In this document: in pieces, positions 42,755-56,979 of the stretch
How positions within the stretch are numbered: the first letter of the stretch is position 1
Layout of the letters: each line of letters opens with the position of its first letter
Assembly: GCF_009914755.1 (NCBI RefSeq)
Contig: NC_060948.1
Direction: 5' to 3' (one strand)
Origin: the human T2T-CHM13v2.0 reference genome, Homo sapiens
Length of the DNA stretch: 64,000 nt
Notes under the pieces: model-generated
What the model saw: the letters and a program-made list of their open reading frames with translations, nothing else
Told to the model about the DNA's origin: nothing
Databases searched by the model: none
Translations under genes and position numbers: made by a program

Positions 42755-45700
42755 CCTGGAATAAAGTGGAATGCTACGGTCTCGAATGGAATAAAAATGT
42801 ATGGAATGGAATGCAATGAAACGGAATCGAATGTCATAGAATGTAATGGAATGCAAAAAAATGGAATCCAAAATCATTGACTGGAAAGGCTGGGTGTCTA
42901 AAGGAATTGACTCCAATGGAATGGAATCGAATGGAATGGAAGTGAATAGAATCGAACTAAATCGAATGGAATGGAATTGATAGGAACGGAATGGAAAGGA
43001 ATGCAATGATTTGGCATGGAATGGAATCGAATGGCATCGAATGGAATGGAATGGAATGCAGTGGAATGGAATGTATTAGAATGTAATGAACTTTAATGGA
43101 ATGTACTCGAATGGATTCGACTGGAATGGAATGTTCTGGAAGTGAATGGACTCCAATGGAATGGATTCCAAAGGAATGGAATCGTACGGAATGGAATCTA
43201 ATGGAATGGAATTAAATGGAAATGAATCAAATTGAATAGCACGGAATTGAATTGAATGGAATGGAATGCAATGGAATCTAATGAAACGGAAAGGAAACGA
43301 ATGGAATGGAATGGAATGGACTGGAATGGAAAGGAATCGAAACGAATGGAATGGAATCGAACTGAAGAGACTGGAATGGAATGCACTGGAATGGAAGGGA
43401 GTGTAATGGAAGGTTCTCGAAAAAAATGGAATCGAATGGAATGGAATTGAATGGAACGGAATAGAGTCGAATGGAATTGAATGGAATGGAATGGACTAGA
43501 GTGAAATGGAATCGAACCACAAGGAATGGACATGAATAGAATGGTCTCGAATTGAATGGAATCGTATGGAATGGCATCAAACGGAATGGAATGGACAACC
43601 ACGGAATGGAATGCACTCGAATGCAATGGAGTCGAAACTAATGGACTGGAATAGAATGGACTCGACTGGTACGGACTCCAATGGAATGGAATCGAATGGA
43701 AGGGAATCGAACGGAATGGACTCGAAGGGAAATGACTGCAATGGAAAGGTCTCGAATGGAATGGAAATTAATGGAATGGAATGGAATCGAATGAAATGGA
43801 GTCAAAAGGAATGGAATCGAATGGCAAGAAATCGAATGTAATGGAATCACAAGGAATTGATGTGAACGGAACGGAATGGAATGGAATCCAAAGGAATGGA
43901 ATAGAATGGAATGGAATCGAATGGAAAGGACTCGAATGGAAATCACTCGAATAGAATGCAATTTAATAAAATAGGATCAAATGTAATGGAATGGAATGGA
44001 AAGGAATCGAAACGAAAGGAATGGAGACAGATGGAATGGAATGGAACAGAGAGCAATGGTATAGAATGGAATGGAATCATCTGGAATGGAATTGAATGGA
44101 ATGGAATAATATGAAATGGAATGGAATGGAATGGAATGGAATGCCCTTGAATTAAATGGACTGGAATGGAATGGACTCGAACAGAGTGGAATGGAAAGTG
44201 TTGAGATAGAATGCAATGGACTCCTTTGGAATGGTGTAGTATGCAATGCAATCGACTGGCAGGGAATCAAAAGGAATGTAATGGAATGGATTGGACTGGA
44301 ATGCAATGGACTCGAATAGATTGGAAACGGAATGCAAAGGAATGGAATGGAATAGTATGGAATGGAATGGAAAGGAATGGAGTGGAATAGACTAGAGTGG
44401 AATGGAATGGACTGGAAAGCAATGGACTGGAATGGAACTTTCTTGAATGGACTGGAATCAAACGGAATGGAATGCAATGCAATCAAATGGCATGGAATAA
44501 AATAGAATGAAAGAGAATCAAATGGAATTGAATCGAATGGAATCGAATGGATTGGAAAGGAATAGAATGGAATGGAATGGAATTGACTCAAATGGAATGG
44601 ACTAGAATGGAATGGATTCGAATGGAAGGCAAAGGAATGGAATCTATTGGAATGGACTGTAATGGAATGGAATGGAAGGGATTGGAATGGACTCGAATGG
44701 AATGGACTGCAATAGAAAGGATTCGAATGGAATGAAAAAGAATTGAATGGAATAAAACAGAATGGAATGAAATCGAATGAAATGGAAAAGAATAGAAAGG
44801 AATGGAATGAAATGGAATGGAAAGGATTCGAATGGAATGCAATCGAATGGAATGGAATCGAACGGAATGGAATAAAATGGAAGAAAACTGGCAAGAAATG
44901 GAATCGAAATGAATGGACTGTTATGGAACGGACTCAAAAGGAATTGAATGTAATAGAATGGAGTGGAGTGGACTCGAATATAATGGACTGGAATGGAATG
45001 AAATCACATGGAATGGGAACGAATGGAAAGGAATGGAATCGAATGGAAAGGAATCGAATGGAAGGGAATGAAATTGAATCAACAGGAATGGAAGGGAATA
45101 GAATAGACGGTAATGGAATGGACTCGAATAGAATGGACACGAATGCTCAAATTGAATGGACTCGAATGGAATGGAAACGAAAGGAATGTCATCGAATGGA
45201 ATTGAATCGATTGGAATGAAATCGCATAGAATGGAGTGGAATCAAATGGAATTGAATCGAAAGGAAAGGAAGCGAATGGACTGAAATGAAATGGAATGGA
45301 ATTGAATGGAAAGTAATGCAATGGAATAGAATGGAACGAAATTTCACGGAATGGAATCAAACTGAATGGAATCAAATCAATGGAATATAATCAAATGGAA
45401 TGGAAAGGAATTGAATGGAGTAGATTGGATTGGATGTGATTGGAATGAAATGTACTGGAAAGGACTCGAATTTCATGAAACGGAATGGAATGAATTGGAA
45501 CGGAATGGACTCGAATGGAATGGAATGTCATGGAATGGCATCAAATGCAATGGCATCAAATGGAATGGAATCGAATGCAATGGAATGCTATGGAATGGAA
45601 TGGAATGCATTGGAATGGAATGTCCTCTAATGGAATGGATTCGAGTGGAATGGAATCGAATATAATGGAGTCGAATGAAATGGAATTGAAAGGAATGGGA

Positions 45701-46293
45701 TCGAATACAATGGAATATACTGGAATGTAATGTAATGAACTCGAATGTAATTGACTGGAATGGAATGTACATGAATGGAATGTAATCGAATGGAAAGTAA
45801 TCCAATGGAATAGAATCTAATGCAATAAAATCGACTCAGATAGAGTAGCATGTAATGGAATGGAGTGCAGTGCAATGGAATGGAATGGAATGGAATGCAA
45901 TGGAATGGAATGGAATGGAATGTGATGGGGTGGAATGGTATGGAATGGATAGTAATGGACTGGAGTGAAATGGACTGGAAAGGAATGGACTCAAATTGAA
46001 AGGGCTCGAAAGGAATGGAGTCAAATGGAATGGTCTGGAATGGAATGAACACGAATGTAATGCAATCCAATAGAATGGAATCGAATGGCATGGAATATAA
46101 AGAAATGGAATCGAAGAGAATGGAAACAAATGGAATGGAATTGAATGGAATGGAATTGAATGGAATGGGAACGAATGGAGTGAAATTGTATGCAGTAGAA
46201 GAGAATAGAATGGAATGCAAGCGAAAGGAAAGGAATGGATTGGAATGGAATGGAATTCATTGGAATGGAAGGGAATGTAGTGTAATGGACAGG
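42755..46293 (+). repeat. DYZ1 unit 13 (3,539 bp)
   Basis: AGGCCT boundaries. 10-bp deletion near 45025 and a short, degenerate pure tract near 45900-45935. Confidence 0.92.
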
Positions 46294-49200
46294 CCTGGAA
46301 TAAAGTGGAATGCTACGGTCTCGAATGGAATAAAAATGTATGGAATGGAATGCAATGAAACGGAATCGAATGTCATAGAATGTAATGGAATGCAAAAAAA
46401 TGGAATCCAAAATCATTGACTGGAAAGGCTGGGTGTCGAAAGGAATTGACTCCAATGGAATGGAATCGAATGGAATGGAAGTGAATAGAATCGAACTAAA
46501 TCGAATGGAATGGAATTGATAGGAACGGAATGGAGAGGAATGCAATGATTTGGCATGGAATGCAATCGAATGGCATCGAATGGAATGGAATGGAATGCAA
46601 TGGAATGGAATGTATTAGAATGTAATGAACTTTAATGGAATGTACTCGAATGGATTCGACTGGAATGGAATGTTCTGGAAGTGAATGGACTCCAATGGAA
46701 TGGATTCAAAAGGAATGGAATCGTACGGAATGGAATCTAATGGAATGGAATTAAATGGAAATGAATCAAATTGAATAGCACGGAATTGAATGGAATGGAA
46801 TGGAATGCAATGGAATCTAATGAAACGGAAAGGAAAGGAATGGAATGGAATGGAATGGGCTGGAATGGAAAGGAATCGAAACGAATGGAATGGAATCGAA
46901 CTGAAGAGACTGGAATGGAATGCACTGGAATGGAAGGGAGTGTAATGGAAGGTTCTCGAAAAAAATGGAATCGAATGGAATGGAATTGAATGGAACGGAA
47001 TAGAGTCGAATGGAATTGAATGGAATGGAATGGACTAGAGTGAAATGGAATTGAACCACAAGGAATGGACAGGAATAGAATGGTCTCGAATTGAATGGAA
47101 TCGTATGGAATGGCATCAAACGGAATGGAATGGACAGCCACGGAATGGAATGCACTCGAATGCAATGGAGTCGAAACTAAAGGACTGGAATAGAATGGAC
47201 TCGACTGGTACGGACTCCAATGGAATGGAATCGAATGGAAGGGAATCGATCGGAATGGACTCGAAGGGAAAAGACTGCAATGGAAAGGTCTCGAATGGAA
47301 TGGAAATTAATGGAATGGAATGGAATCGAATGAAATGGAGTCAAAAGGAATGGAATCGAATGGCAAGAAATCGAATGTAATGGAATCGCAAGGAATTGAT
47401 GTGAACGGAACGGAAAGGAATGGAATCCAAAGGAATGGAATAGAATGGAATGGAATCGAATGGAAAGGACTTGAATGGAAATCACTCGAATAGAATGCAA
47501 TTTAATAAAATAGGATCAAATGTAATGGAATGGAATGGAAAGGAATCGAAACGAAAGGAATGTAGACAGATGGAATGGAATGGAACAGAGAGCAATGGTA
47601 TAGAATGGAATGGAATCATCTGGAATGGAATTGAATGGAATGGAATAATATGAAATGGAATGGAATGGAATGGAATGGAATGCCCTTGAATTAAATGGAC
47701 TGGAATGGAATGGACTCGAACAGAGTGGAATGGAAAGTGTTGAAATAGAATGGAATGGACTCGTTTGGAATGGTCTAGTATGCAATGCAATCGACTGGCA
47801 GGGAATCAAAAGGAATGTAATCGAATGGATTGGACTGGAATGCAATGGACTCGAATAGATTGGAAACGGAATACAAAGGAATGGAATGGAATAGTATGGA
47901 ATGGAATGGAAAGGAATGGAGTGGAATAGACTAGAGTGGAATGGAATGGACTGGAAAGCAATGGACTGGAATGGAACTTTCTTGAATGGACTGGAATCAA
48001 ACGGAATGGAATGCAATGCAATCAAATGGCATGGAATAAAATAGAATGAAAGAGAATCAAATGGAATTGAATCGAATGGAATCGAATGGATTGGAAAGGA
48101 ATAGAATGGAATGGAATGGAATTGACTCAAATGGAATGGACTAGAATGGAATGGATTAGAATGGAAGGCAAAGGAATGGAATCTATTGGAATGGACTGTA
48201 ATGGAATGGAATGGAAGGGATTGGAATGGACTCGAATGGAATGGACTGCAATAGAAAGGATTCGAATGGAATGAAAAAGAATTGAATGGAATAGAACAGA
48301 ATGGAATCAAATCGAATGAAATGGAATGGAATAGAAAGGAATGGAATGAAATGGAATGGAAAGGATTCGAATGGAATGCAATCGAATGGAATGGAATCGA
48401 ACGGAATGGAATAAAATGGAAGAAAACTGGCAAGAAATGGAATCGAAATGAATGGAGTGTTATGGAACGGACTCAAAAGGAATTGAATGTAATAGAATGG
48501 AGTGGAGTGGACTCGAATATAATGGACTGGAATGGAATGAAATCACATGGAATGGGAACGAATGGAATGGAATGGAAAGGAATGGAATCGAATGGAAAGG
48601 AATCGAATGGAAGGGAATGAAATTGAATCAACAGGAATGGAAGGGAATAGAATAGACGGTAATGGAATGGACTCGAATAGAATGGACACGAATGCTCAAA
48701 TTGAATGGACTCGAATGGAATGGAAACGAAAGGAATGTCATCGAATGGAATTGAATCGATTGGAATGAAATCGCATAGAATGGAGTGGAATCAAATGGAA
48801 TTGAATCGAAAGGAAAGGAAGCGAATGGACTGAAATGAAATGGAATGGAATTGAATGGAAAGTAATGCAATGGAATAGAATGGAACGAAATTTCACGGAA
48901 TGGGATCAAACTGAATGGAATCAAATCAATGGAATCAAATCAAATGGAATGGAAAGGAATTGAATGGAGTAGATTGGATTGGATGGGATTGGAATGAAAT
49001 GTACTGGAAAGGACTCGAATTTCATGAAACGGAATGGAATGAATTGGAACGGAATGGACTCGAATGGAATGGAATGTCATGGAATGGCATCAAATGGAAT
49101 GGCATCAAATGGAATGGAATCGAATGCAATGGAATGCTATGGAATGGAATGGAATGCATTGGAATGGAATGTCCTCTAATGGAATGGATTCGAGTGGAAT

Positions 49201-49852
49201 GGAATCGAATATAATGGAGTCGAATGAAATGGAATTGAAAGGAATGGGATCGAATACAATGGAATATACTGGAATGTAATGTAATGAACTCGAATGTAAT
49301 TGACTGGAATGGAATGTACATGAATGGAATGTAATCGAATGGAAAGTAATCCAATGGAATAGAATCTAATGCAATAAAATCGACTCAGATAGGGTAGAAT
49401 GTAATGGAATGGAGTGCAGTGCAATGGAATGGAATGGAATGGAATGCAATTGAATGGAATGGAATGGAATGGAATGGAATGGAATGGGATGGAATGGTAT
49501 GGAATGGATAGTAATGGACTGGAGTGAAATGGACTGGAAAGGAATGGACTCAAATTGAAAGGGCTCGAAAGGAATGGAGTCAAATGGAATGGTCTGGAAT
49601 GGAATGAACACGAATGTAATGCAATCCAATAGAATGGAATCGAATGGCATGGAATATAAAGAAATGGAATCGGAGAGAATGGAAACAAATGGAATGGAAT
49701 TGAATGGAATGGAATTGAATGGAATGGGAACGAATGGAGTGAAATTGTATGCAGTAGAAGGGAATAGAATGGAATGCAAGAGAAGGGAAAGGAATGGATT
49801 GGAATGGAATGGAATTCATTGGAATGGAAGGGAATGTAGTGTAATGGACAGG
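46294..49852 (+). repeat. DYZ1 unit 14 (3,559 bp)
   Basis: AGGCCT boundaries. Confidence 0.92.
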
Positions 49853-52800
49853 CCTGGAATAAAGTGGAATGCTACGGTCTCGAATGGAATAAAAATGTAT
49901 GGAATGGAATGCAACGAAATGGAATCGAATGTCATAGAATGTAATGGAATGCAAAAAAATGGAATCCAAAATCATTGACTGGAAAGGCTGGGTGTCGAAA
50001 GGAATTGACTCCAATGGAATGGAATCGAATGGAATGGAAGTGAATAGAATCGAACTAAATCGAATGGAATGGAATTGATAGGAACGGAATGGAAAGGAAT
50101 GCAATGATTTGGCATGGAATGGAATCGAATGGCATCGAATGGAATGGAATGGAATGCAATGGAATGGAATGTATTAGAATGTAATGAACTTTAATGGAAT
50201 GTACTCGAATGGATTCGACTGGAATGGAATGTTCTGGAAGTGAATGGACTCCAATGGAATGGATTCAAAAGGAATGCAATCGTACGGAATGGAATCTAAT
50301 GGAATGGAATTAAATGGAAATGAATCAAATTGAATAGCACGGAATTGAATTGAATGGAATGGAATGCAATGGAATCTAATGAAACGGAAAGGAAAGGAAT
50401 GGAATGGAATGGAATGGGCTGGAATGGAAAGGAATCGAAACGAATGGAATGGAATCGAACTGAAGAGACTGGAATGGAATGCACTGGAATGGAAGGGAGT
50501 GTAACGGAAGGTTCTCGAAAAAATGGAATCGAATGGAATGGAATTGAATGGAACGGAATAGAGTCGAATGGAATTGAATGGAATGGAATGGACTAGAGTG
50601 AAATGGAATCGAACCACAAGGAATGGACAGGAATAGAATGGTCTCGAATTGAATGGAATCGTATGGAATGGCATCAAACGGAATGGAATGGACAGCCACG
50701 GAATGGAATGCACTCGAATGCAATGGAGTCGAAACTAATGGACTGGAATAGAATGGACTCGACTGGTACGGACTCCAATGGAATGGAATCGAATGGAAGG
50801 GAATCGAACGGAATGGACTCGAAGGGAAAAGACTGCAATGGAAAGGTCTCGAATGGAATGGAAATTAATGGAATGGAATGGAATCGAATGAAATGGAGTC
50901 AAAAGGAATGGAATCGAATGGCAAGAAATCGAATGTAATGGAATCGCAAGGAATTGATGTGAACGGAACGGAATGGAATGGAATCCAAAGGAATGGAATA
51001 GAATGGAATGGAATCGAATGGAAAGGACTCGAATGGAAATCACTCGAATAGAATGCAATTTAATAAAATAGGATCAAATGTAATGGAATGGAATGGAAAG
51101 GAATCGAAACGAAAGGAATGGAGACAGATGGAATGGAATGGAACAGAGAGCAATGGTATAGAATGGAATGGAATCATCTGGAATGGAATTGAATGGAATG
51201 GAATAATATGAAATGGAATGGAATGGAATGGAATGGAATGCCCTTGAATTAAATGGACTGGAATGGAATGGACTCGAACAGAGTGGAATGGAAAGTGTTG
51301 AGATAGAATGGAATGGACTCCTTTGGAATGGTGTAGTATGCAATGCAATCGACTGGCAGGGAATCAAAAGGAATGTAATCGAATGGAATGGACTGGAATG
51401 CAATGGACTCGAATAGATTGGAAACGGAATGCAAAGGAATGGAATGGAATAGTATGGAATGGAATGGAAAGGAATGGAGTGGAATAGACTAGAGTGGAAT
51501 GGAATGGACTGGAAAGCAATGGACTGGAATGGAACTTTCTTGAATGGACTGGAATCAAACGGAATGGAATGCAATACAATCAAATGGCATGGAATAAAAT
51601 AGAATGAAAGAGAATCAAATGGAATTGAATCGAATGGAATCGAATGGATTGGAAAGGAATAGAATGGAATGGAATGGAATGGACTCAAATGGAATGGACT
51701 AGAATGGAATGGATTCGAATGGAAGGCAAAGGAATGGAATCTATTGGAATGGACTGTAATGGAATGGAATGGAAGGGATTGGAATGGACTCGAATGGAAT
51801 GGACTGCAATAGAACGGATTCGAATGGAATGAAAAAGAATTGAATGGAATAGAACAGAATGGAATCAAATCGAATGAAATGGAATGGAATAGAAAGGAAT
51901 GGAATGAAATGGAATGGAAAGGATTCGAATGGAATGCAATCGAATGGAATGGAATCGAACGGAATGGAATAAAATGGAAGAAAACTGGCAAGAAATGGAA
52001 TCGAAATGAATGGAGTGTTATGGAACGGACTCAAAAGGAATTGAATGTAATAGAATGGAGTGGAGTGGACTCGAATATAATGGACTGGAATGGAATGAAA
52101 TCACATGGAATGGGAACGAATGGAATGGAATGGAAAGGAATGGAATCGAATGGAAAGGAATCGAATGGAAGGGAATGAAATTGAATCAACAGGAATGGAA
52201 GGGAATAGAATAGACGGTAATGGAATGGACTCGAATAGAATGGACACGAATGCTCAAATTGAATGGACTCGAATGGAATGGAAATGAAAGGAATGTCATC
52301 GAATGGAATTGAATCGATTGGAATGAAATCGCATAGAATGGAGTGGAATCAAATGGAATTGAATCGAAAGGAAAGGAAGCGAATGGACTGAAATGAAATG
52401 GAATGGAATTGAATGGAAAGTAATGCAATGGAATAGAATGGAACGAAATTTCACGGAATGGAATCAAACTGAATGGAATCAAATCAATGGAATCAAATCA
52501 AATGGAATGGAAAGGAATTGAATGGAGTAGACTGGATTGGATGGGATTGGAATGAAATGTACTGGAAAGGACTCGAATTTCATGAAACGGAATGGAATGA
52601 ATTGGAACGGAATGGACTCGAATGGAATGGAATGTCATGGAATGGCCTCAAATGGAATGGCATCAAATGGAATGGAATCGAATGCAATGGAATGCTATGG
52701 AATGGAATGGAATGCATTGGAATGGAATGTCCTCTAATGGAATGGATTCGAGTGGAATGGAATCGAATATAATGGAGTCGAATGAAATGGAATTGAAAGG

Positions 52801-53420
52801 AATGGGATCGAATACAATGGAATATACTGGAATGTAATGTAATGAACTCGAATGTAATTGACTGGAATGGAATGTACATGAATGGAAGGTAATCGAATGG
52901 AAAGTAATCCAATGGAATAGAATCTAATGCAATAAAACCGACTCAGATAGAGTAGAATGTAATGGAATGGAGTGCAGTGCAATGGAAGGGAATGGAATTG
53001 AATGCAATGGAATGGAATGGAATGGAATGGAATGGAATGGAATGGAATGGAATGGGATGGAATGGTATGGAATGGATAGTAATGGACTGGAGTGAAATGG
53101 ACTGGAAAGGAATGGACTCAAATTGAAAGGGCTCGAAAGGAATGGAGTCAAATGGAATGGTCTGGAATGGAATGAACACGAAAGTAATGCAATCCAATAG
53201 AATGGAATCGAATGGCATGGAATATAAAGAAATGGAATCGAAGAGAATGGAAACAAATGGAATGGAATTGAATGGAATGGAATTGAATGGAATGGGAACG
53301 AATGGAGTGAAATTGTATGCAGTAGAAGGGAATAGAATGTAATGCAAGCGAAAGGAAAGGAATGGATTGGAATGGAATGGAATTCATTGGAATGGAAGGG
53401 AATGTAGTGTAATGGACAGG
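49853..53420 (+). repeat. DYZ1 unit 15 (3,568 bp)
   Basis: AGGCCT boundaries. A6 instead of A7 at 50518-50523. Confidence 0.92.
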
Positions 53421-56400
53421 CCTGGAATAAAGTGGAATGCTACGGTCTCGAATGGAATAAAAATGTATGGAATGGAATGCAATGAAACGGAATCGAATGT
53501 CATAGAATGTAATGGAATGCAAAAAAATGGAATCCAAAATCATTGACTGGAAAGGCTGGGTGTCGAAAGGAATTGACTCCAATGGAATGGAATCGAATGG
53601 AATGGAAGTGAATAGAATCGAACTAAATCGAATGGAATGGAATTGATAGGAACGGAATGGAAAGGAATGCAATGATTTGGCATGGAATGGAATCGAATGG
53701 CATCGAATGGAATGGAATGGAATGCAATGGAATGGAATGTATTAGAATGTAATGAACTTTAATGGAATGTACTCGAATGGATTCGACTGGAATGGAATGT
53801 TCTGGAAGTGAATGGGCTCCAATGGAATGGAATCAAAAGGAATGGAATCGTACGGAATGGAATCTAATGGAATGGAATTAAATGGAAATGAATCAAATTG
53901 AATAGCACGGAATTGAATTGAATGGAATGGAATGCAATGGAATCTAATGAAACGGAAAGGAAAGGAATGGAATGGAATGGAATGGGCTGGAATGGAAAGG
54001 AATCGAAACGAATGGAATGGAATCGAACTGAAGAGACTGGAATGGAATGCACTGGAATGGAAGGGAGTGTAATGGAAGGTTCTCGAAAGAAATGGAATCG
54101 AATGGAATGGAATTGAATGGAACGGAATAGAGTCGAATGGAATTGAATGGAATGGAATGGACTAGAGTGAAATGGAATCGAACCACAAGGAATGGACAGG
54201 AATAGAATGGTCTCGAATTGAATGGAATCGTATGGAATGGCATCAAACGGAATGGAATGGACAGCCACGGAATGGAATGCACTCGAATGCAATGGAGTCG
54301 AAACTAATGGACTGGAATAGAATGGACTCGACTGGTACGGACTCCAATGGAATGGAATCGAATGGAAGGGAATCGAACGGAATGGACTCGAAGGGAAAAG
54401 ACTGCAATGGAAAGGTCTCGAATGGAATGGAAATTAATGGAATGGAATGGAATCGAATGAAATGGAGTCAAAAGGAATGGAATCGAATGGCAAGAAATCG
54501 AATGTAATGGAATCGCAAGGAATTGATGTGAACGGAACGGAATGGAATGGAATCCAAAGGAATGGAATAGAATGGAATGGAATCGAATGGAAAGGACTCG
54601 AATGGAAATCACTCGAATAGAATGCAATTTAATAAAATAGGATCAAATGTAATGGAATGGAATGGAAAGGAATCGAAACGAAAGGAATGGAGACAGATGG
54701 AATGGAATGGAACAGAGAGCAATGGTATAGAATGGAATGGAATCATCTGGAATGGAATTGAATGGAATGGAATAATATGAAATGGAATGGAATGGAATGG
54801 AATGGAATGCCCTTGAATTAAATGGACTGGAATGGAATGGACTCGAACAGAGTGGAATGGAAAGTGTTGAGATAGAATGGAATGGACTCCTTTGGAATGG
54901 TCTAGTATGCAATGCAATCGACTGGCAGGGAATCAAAAGGAATGTAATGGAATGGATTGGAGTGGAATGCAATGGACAGGAATAGATTGGAAACGGAATG
55001 CAAAGGAATGGAATGGAATAGTATGGAATGGAATGGAAAGGAATGGAGTGGAATAGACTAGAGTGGAATGCAATGGACTGGAAAGCAATGGACTGGAATG
55101 GAACTTTCTTGAATGGACTGGAATCAAACGGAATGGAATGCAATGCAATCAAATGGCATGGAATAAAATAGAATGAAAGAGAATCAAATGGAATTGAATC
55201 GAATGGAATCGAATGGATTGGAAAGGAATAGAATGGAATGGAATGGAATTGACTCAAATGGAATGGACTAGAATGGAATGGATTCGAATGGAAGGCAAAG
55301 GAATGGAATCTATTGGAATGGACTGTAATGGAATGGAATGGAAGGGATTGGAATGGACTCGAATGGAATGGACTGCAATAGAAAGGATTCGAATGGAATG
55401 AAAAAGAATTGAATGGAATAGAACAGAATGGAATCAAATCGAATGAAATGGAATGGAATAGAAAGGAATGGAATGAAATGGAATGGAAAGGATTCGAATG
55501 GAATGCAATCGAATGGAATGGAATCGAACGGAATGGAATAAAATGGAAGAAAACTGGCAAGAAATGGAATCGAAATGAATGGAGTGTTATGGAACGGACT
55601 CAAAAGGAATTGAATGTAATAGAATGGAGTGGAGTGGACTCGAATATAATGGACTGGAATGGAATGAAATCACATGGAATGGGAACGAATGGAATGGAAT
55701 GGAAAGGAATGGAATCGAATGGAAAGGAATCGAATGGAAGGGAATGAAATTGAATCAACAGGAATGGAAGGGAATAGAATAGACGGTAATGGAATGGACT
55801 CGAATTGAATGGACACGAATGCTCAAATTGAATGGACTCGAATGGAATGGAAACGAAAGGAATGTCATCGAATGGAATTGAATCGATCGGAATGAAATCG
55901 CATAGAATGGAGTGGAATCAAATGGAATTGAATCGAAAGGAAAGGAAGCGAATGGACTGAAATGAAATGGAATGGAATTGAATGGAAAGTAATGAAATGG
56001 AATAGAATGGAACGAAATTTCACGGAATGGAATCAAACTGAATGGAATCAAATCAATGGAATCTAATCAAATGGAATGGAAAGGAATTGAATGGAGTAGA
56101 TTGGATTGGATGGGATTGGAATGAAATGTACTGGAAAGGACTCGAATTTGATGAAACGGAATGGAATGAATTGGAACGGAATGGACTCGAATGGAATGGA
56201 ATGTCATGGAATGGCATCAAATGGAATGGCATCAAATGGAATGGAATCGAATGCAATGGAATGCTATGGAATGGAATGGAATGCATTGGAATGGAATGTC
56301 CTCTAATGGAATGGATTCGAGTGGAATGGAATCGAATATAATGGAGTCGAATGAAATGGAATTGAAAGGAATGGGATCGAATAGAATGGAATATACTGGA

Positions 56401-56979
56401 ATGTAATGTAATGAACTCGAATGTAATTGACTGGAATGGAATGTACATGAATGGAATGTAATCGAATGGAAAGTAATCCAATGAAATAGAATCTAATGCA
56501 ATAAAACCGACTCAGATAGAGTAGAATGTAATGGAATGGAGTGCAGTGCAATGGAATGGAATGGAATTGAATGCAATGGAATGGAATGGAATGGAATGGA
56601 ATGGAATGGAATGGGATGGAATGGTATGGAATGGATAGTAATGGACTGGAGTGAAATGGACTGGAAAGGAATGGACTCAAATTGAAAGGGCTCGAAAGGA
56701 ATGGAGTCAAATGGAATGGTCTGGAATGGAATGAACACGAATGTAATGCAATCCAATAGAATGGAATCGAATGGCATGGAATATAAAGAAATGGATTCGA
56801 AGAGAATGGAAACAAATGGAATGGAATTGAATGGAATGGAATTGAATGGAATGGGAACGAATGGAGTGAAATTGTATGCAGTAGAAGGGAATAGAATGGA
56901 ATGCAAGCGAAAGGAAAGGAATGGATTGGAATGGAATGGAATTCATTGGAATGGAAGGGAATGTAGTGTATTGGACAGG
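53421..56979 (+). repeat. DYZ1 unit 16 (3,559 bp)
   Basis: AGGCCT boundaries. Confidence 0.92.

Noticed and set aside
656-50523. A-run length variants (A8 at 656-663, A6 at 50518-50523, versus A7)
   Set aside because: Single homopolymer indels are typical long-read consensus errors. Unit 4, the sister of unit 1, has A7. They cannot be trusted without reads.
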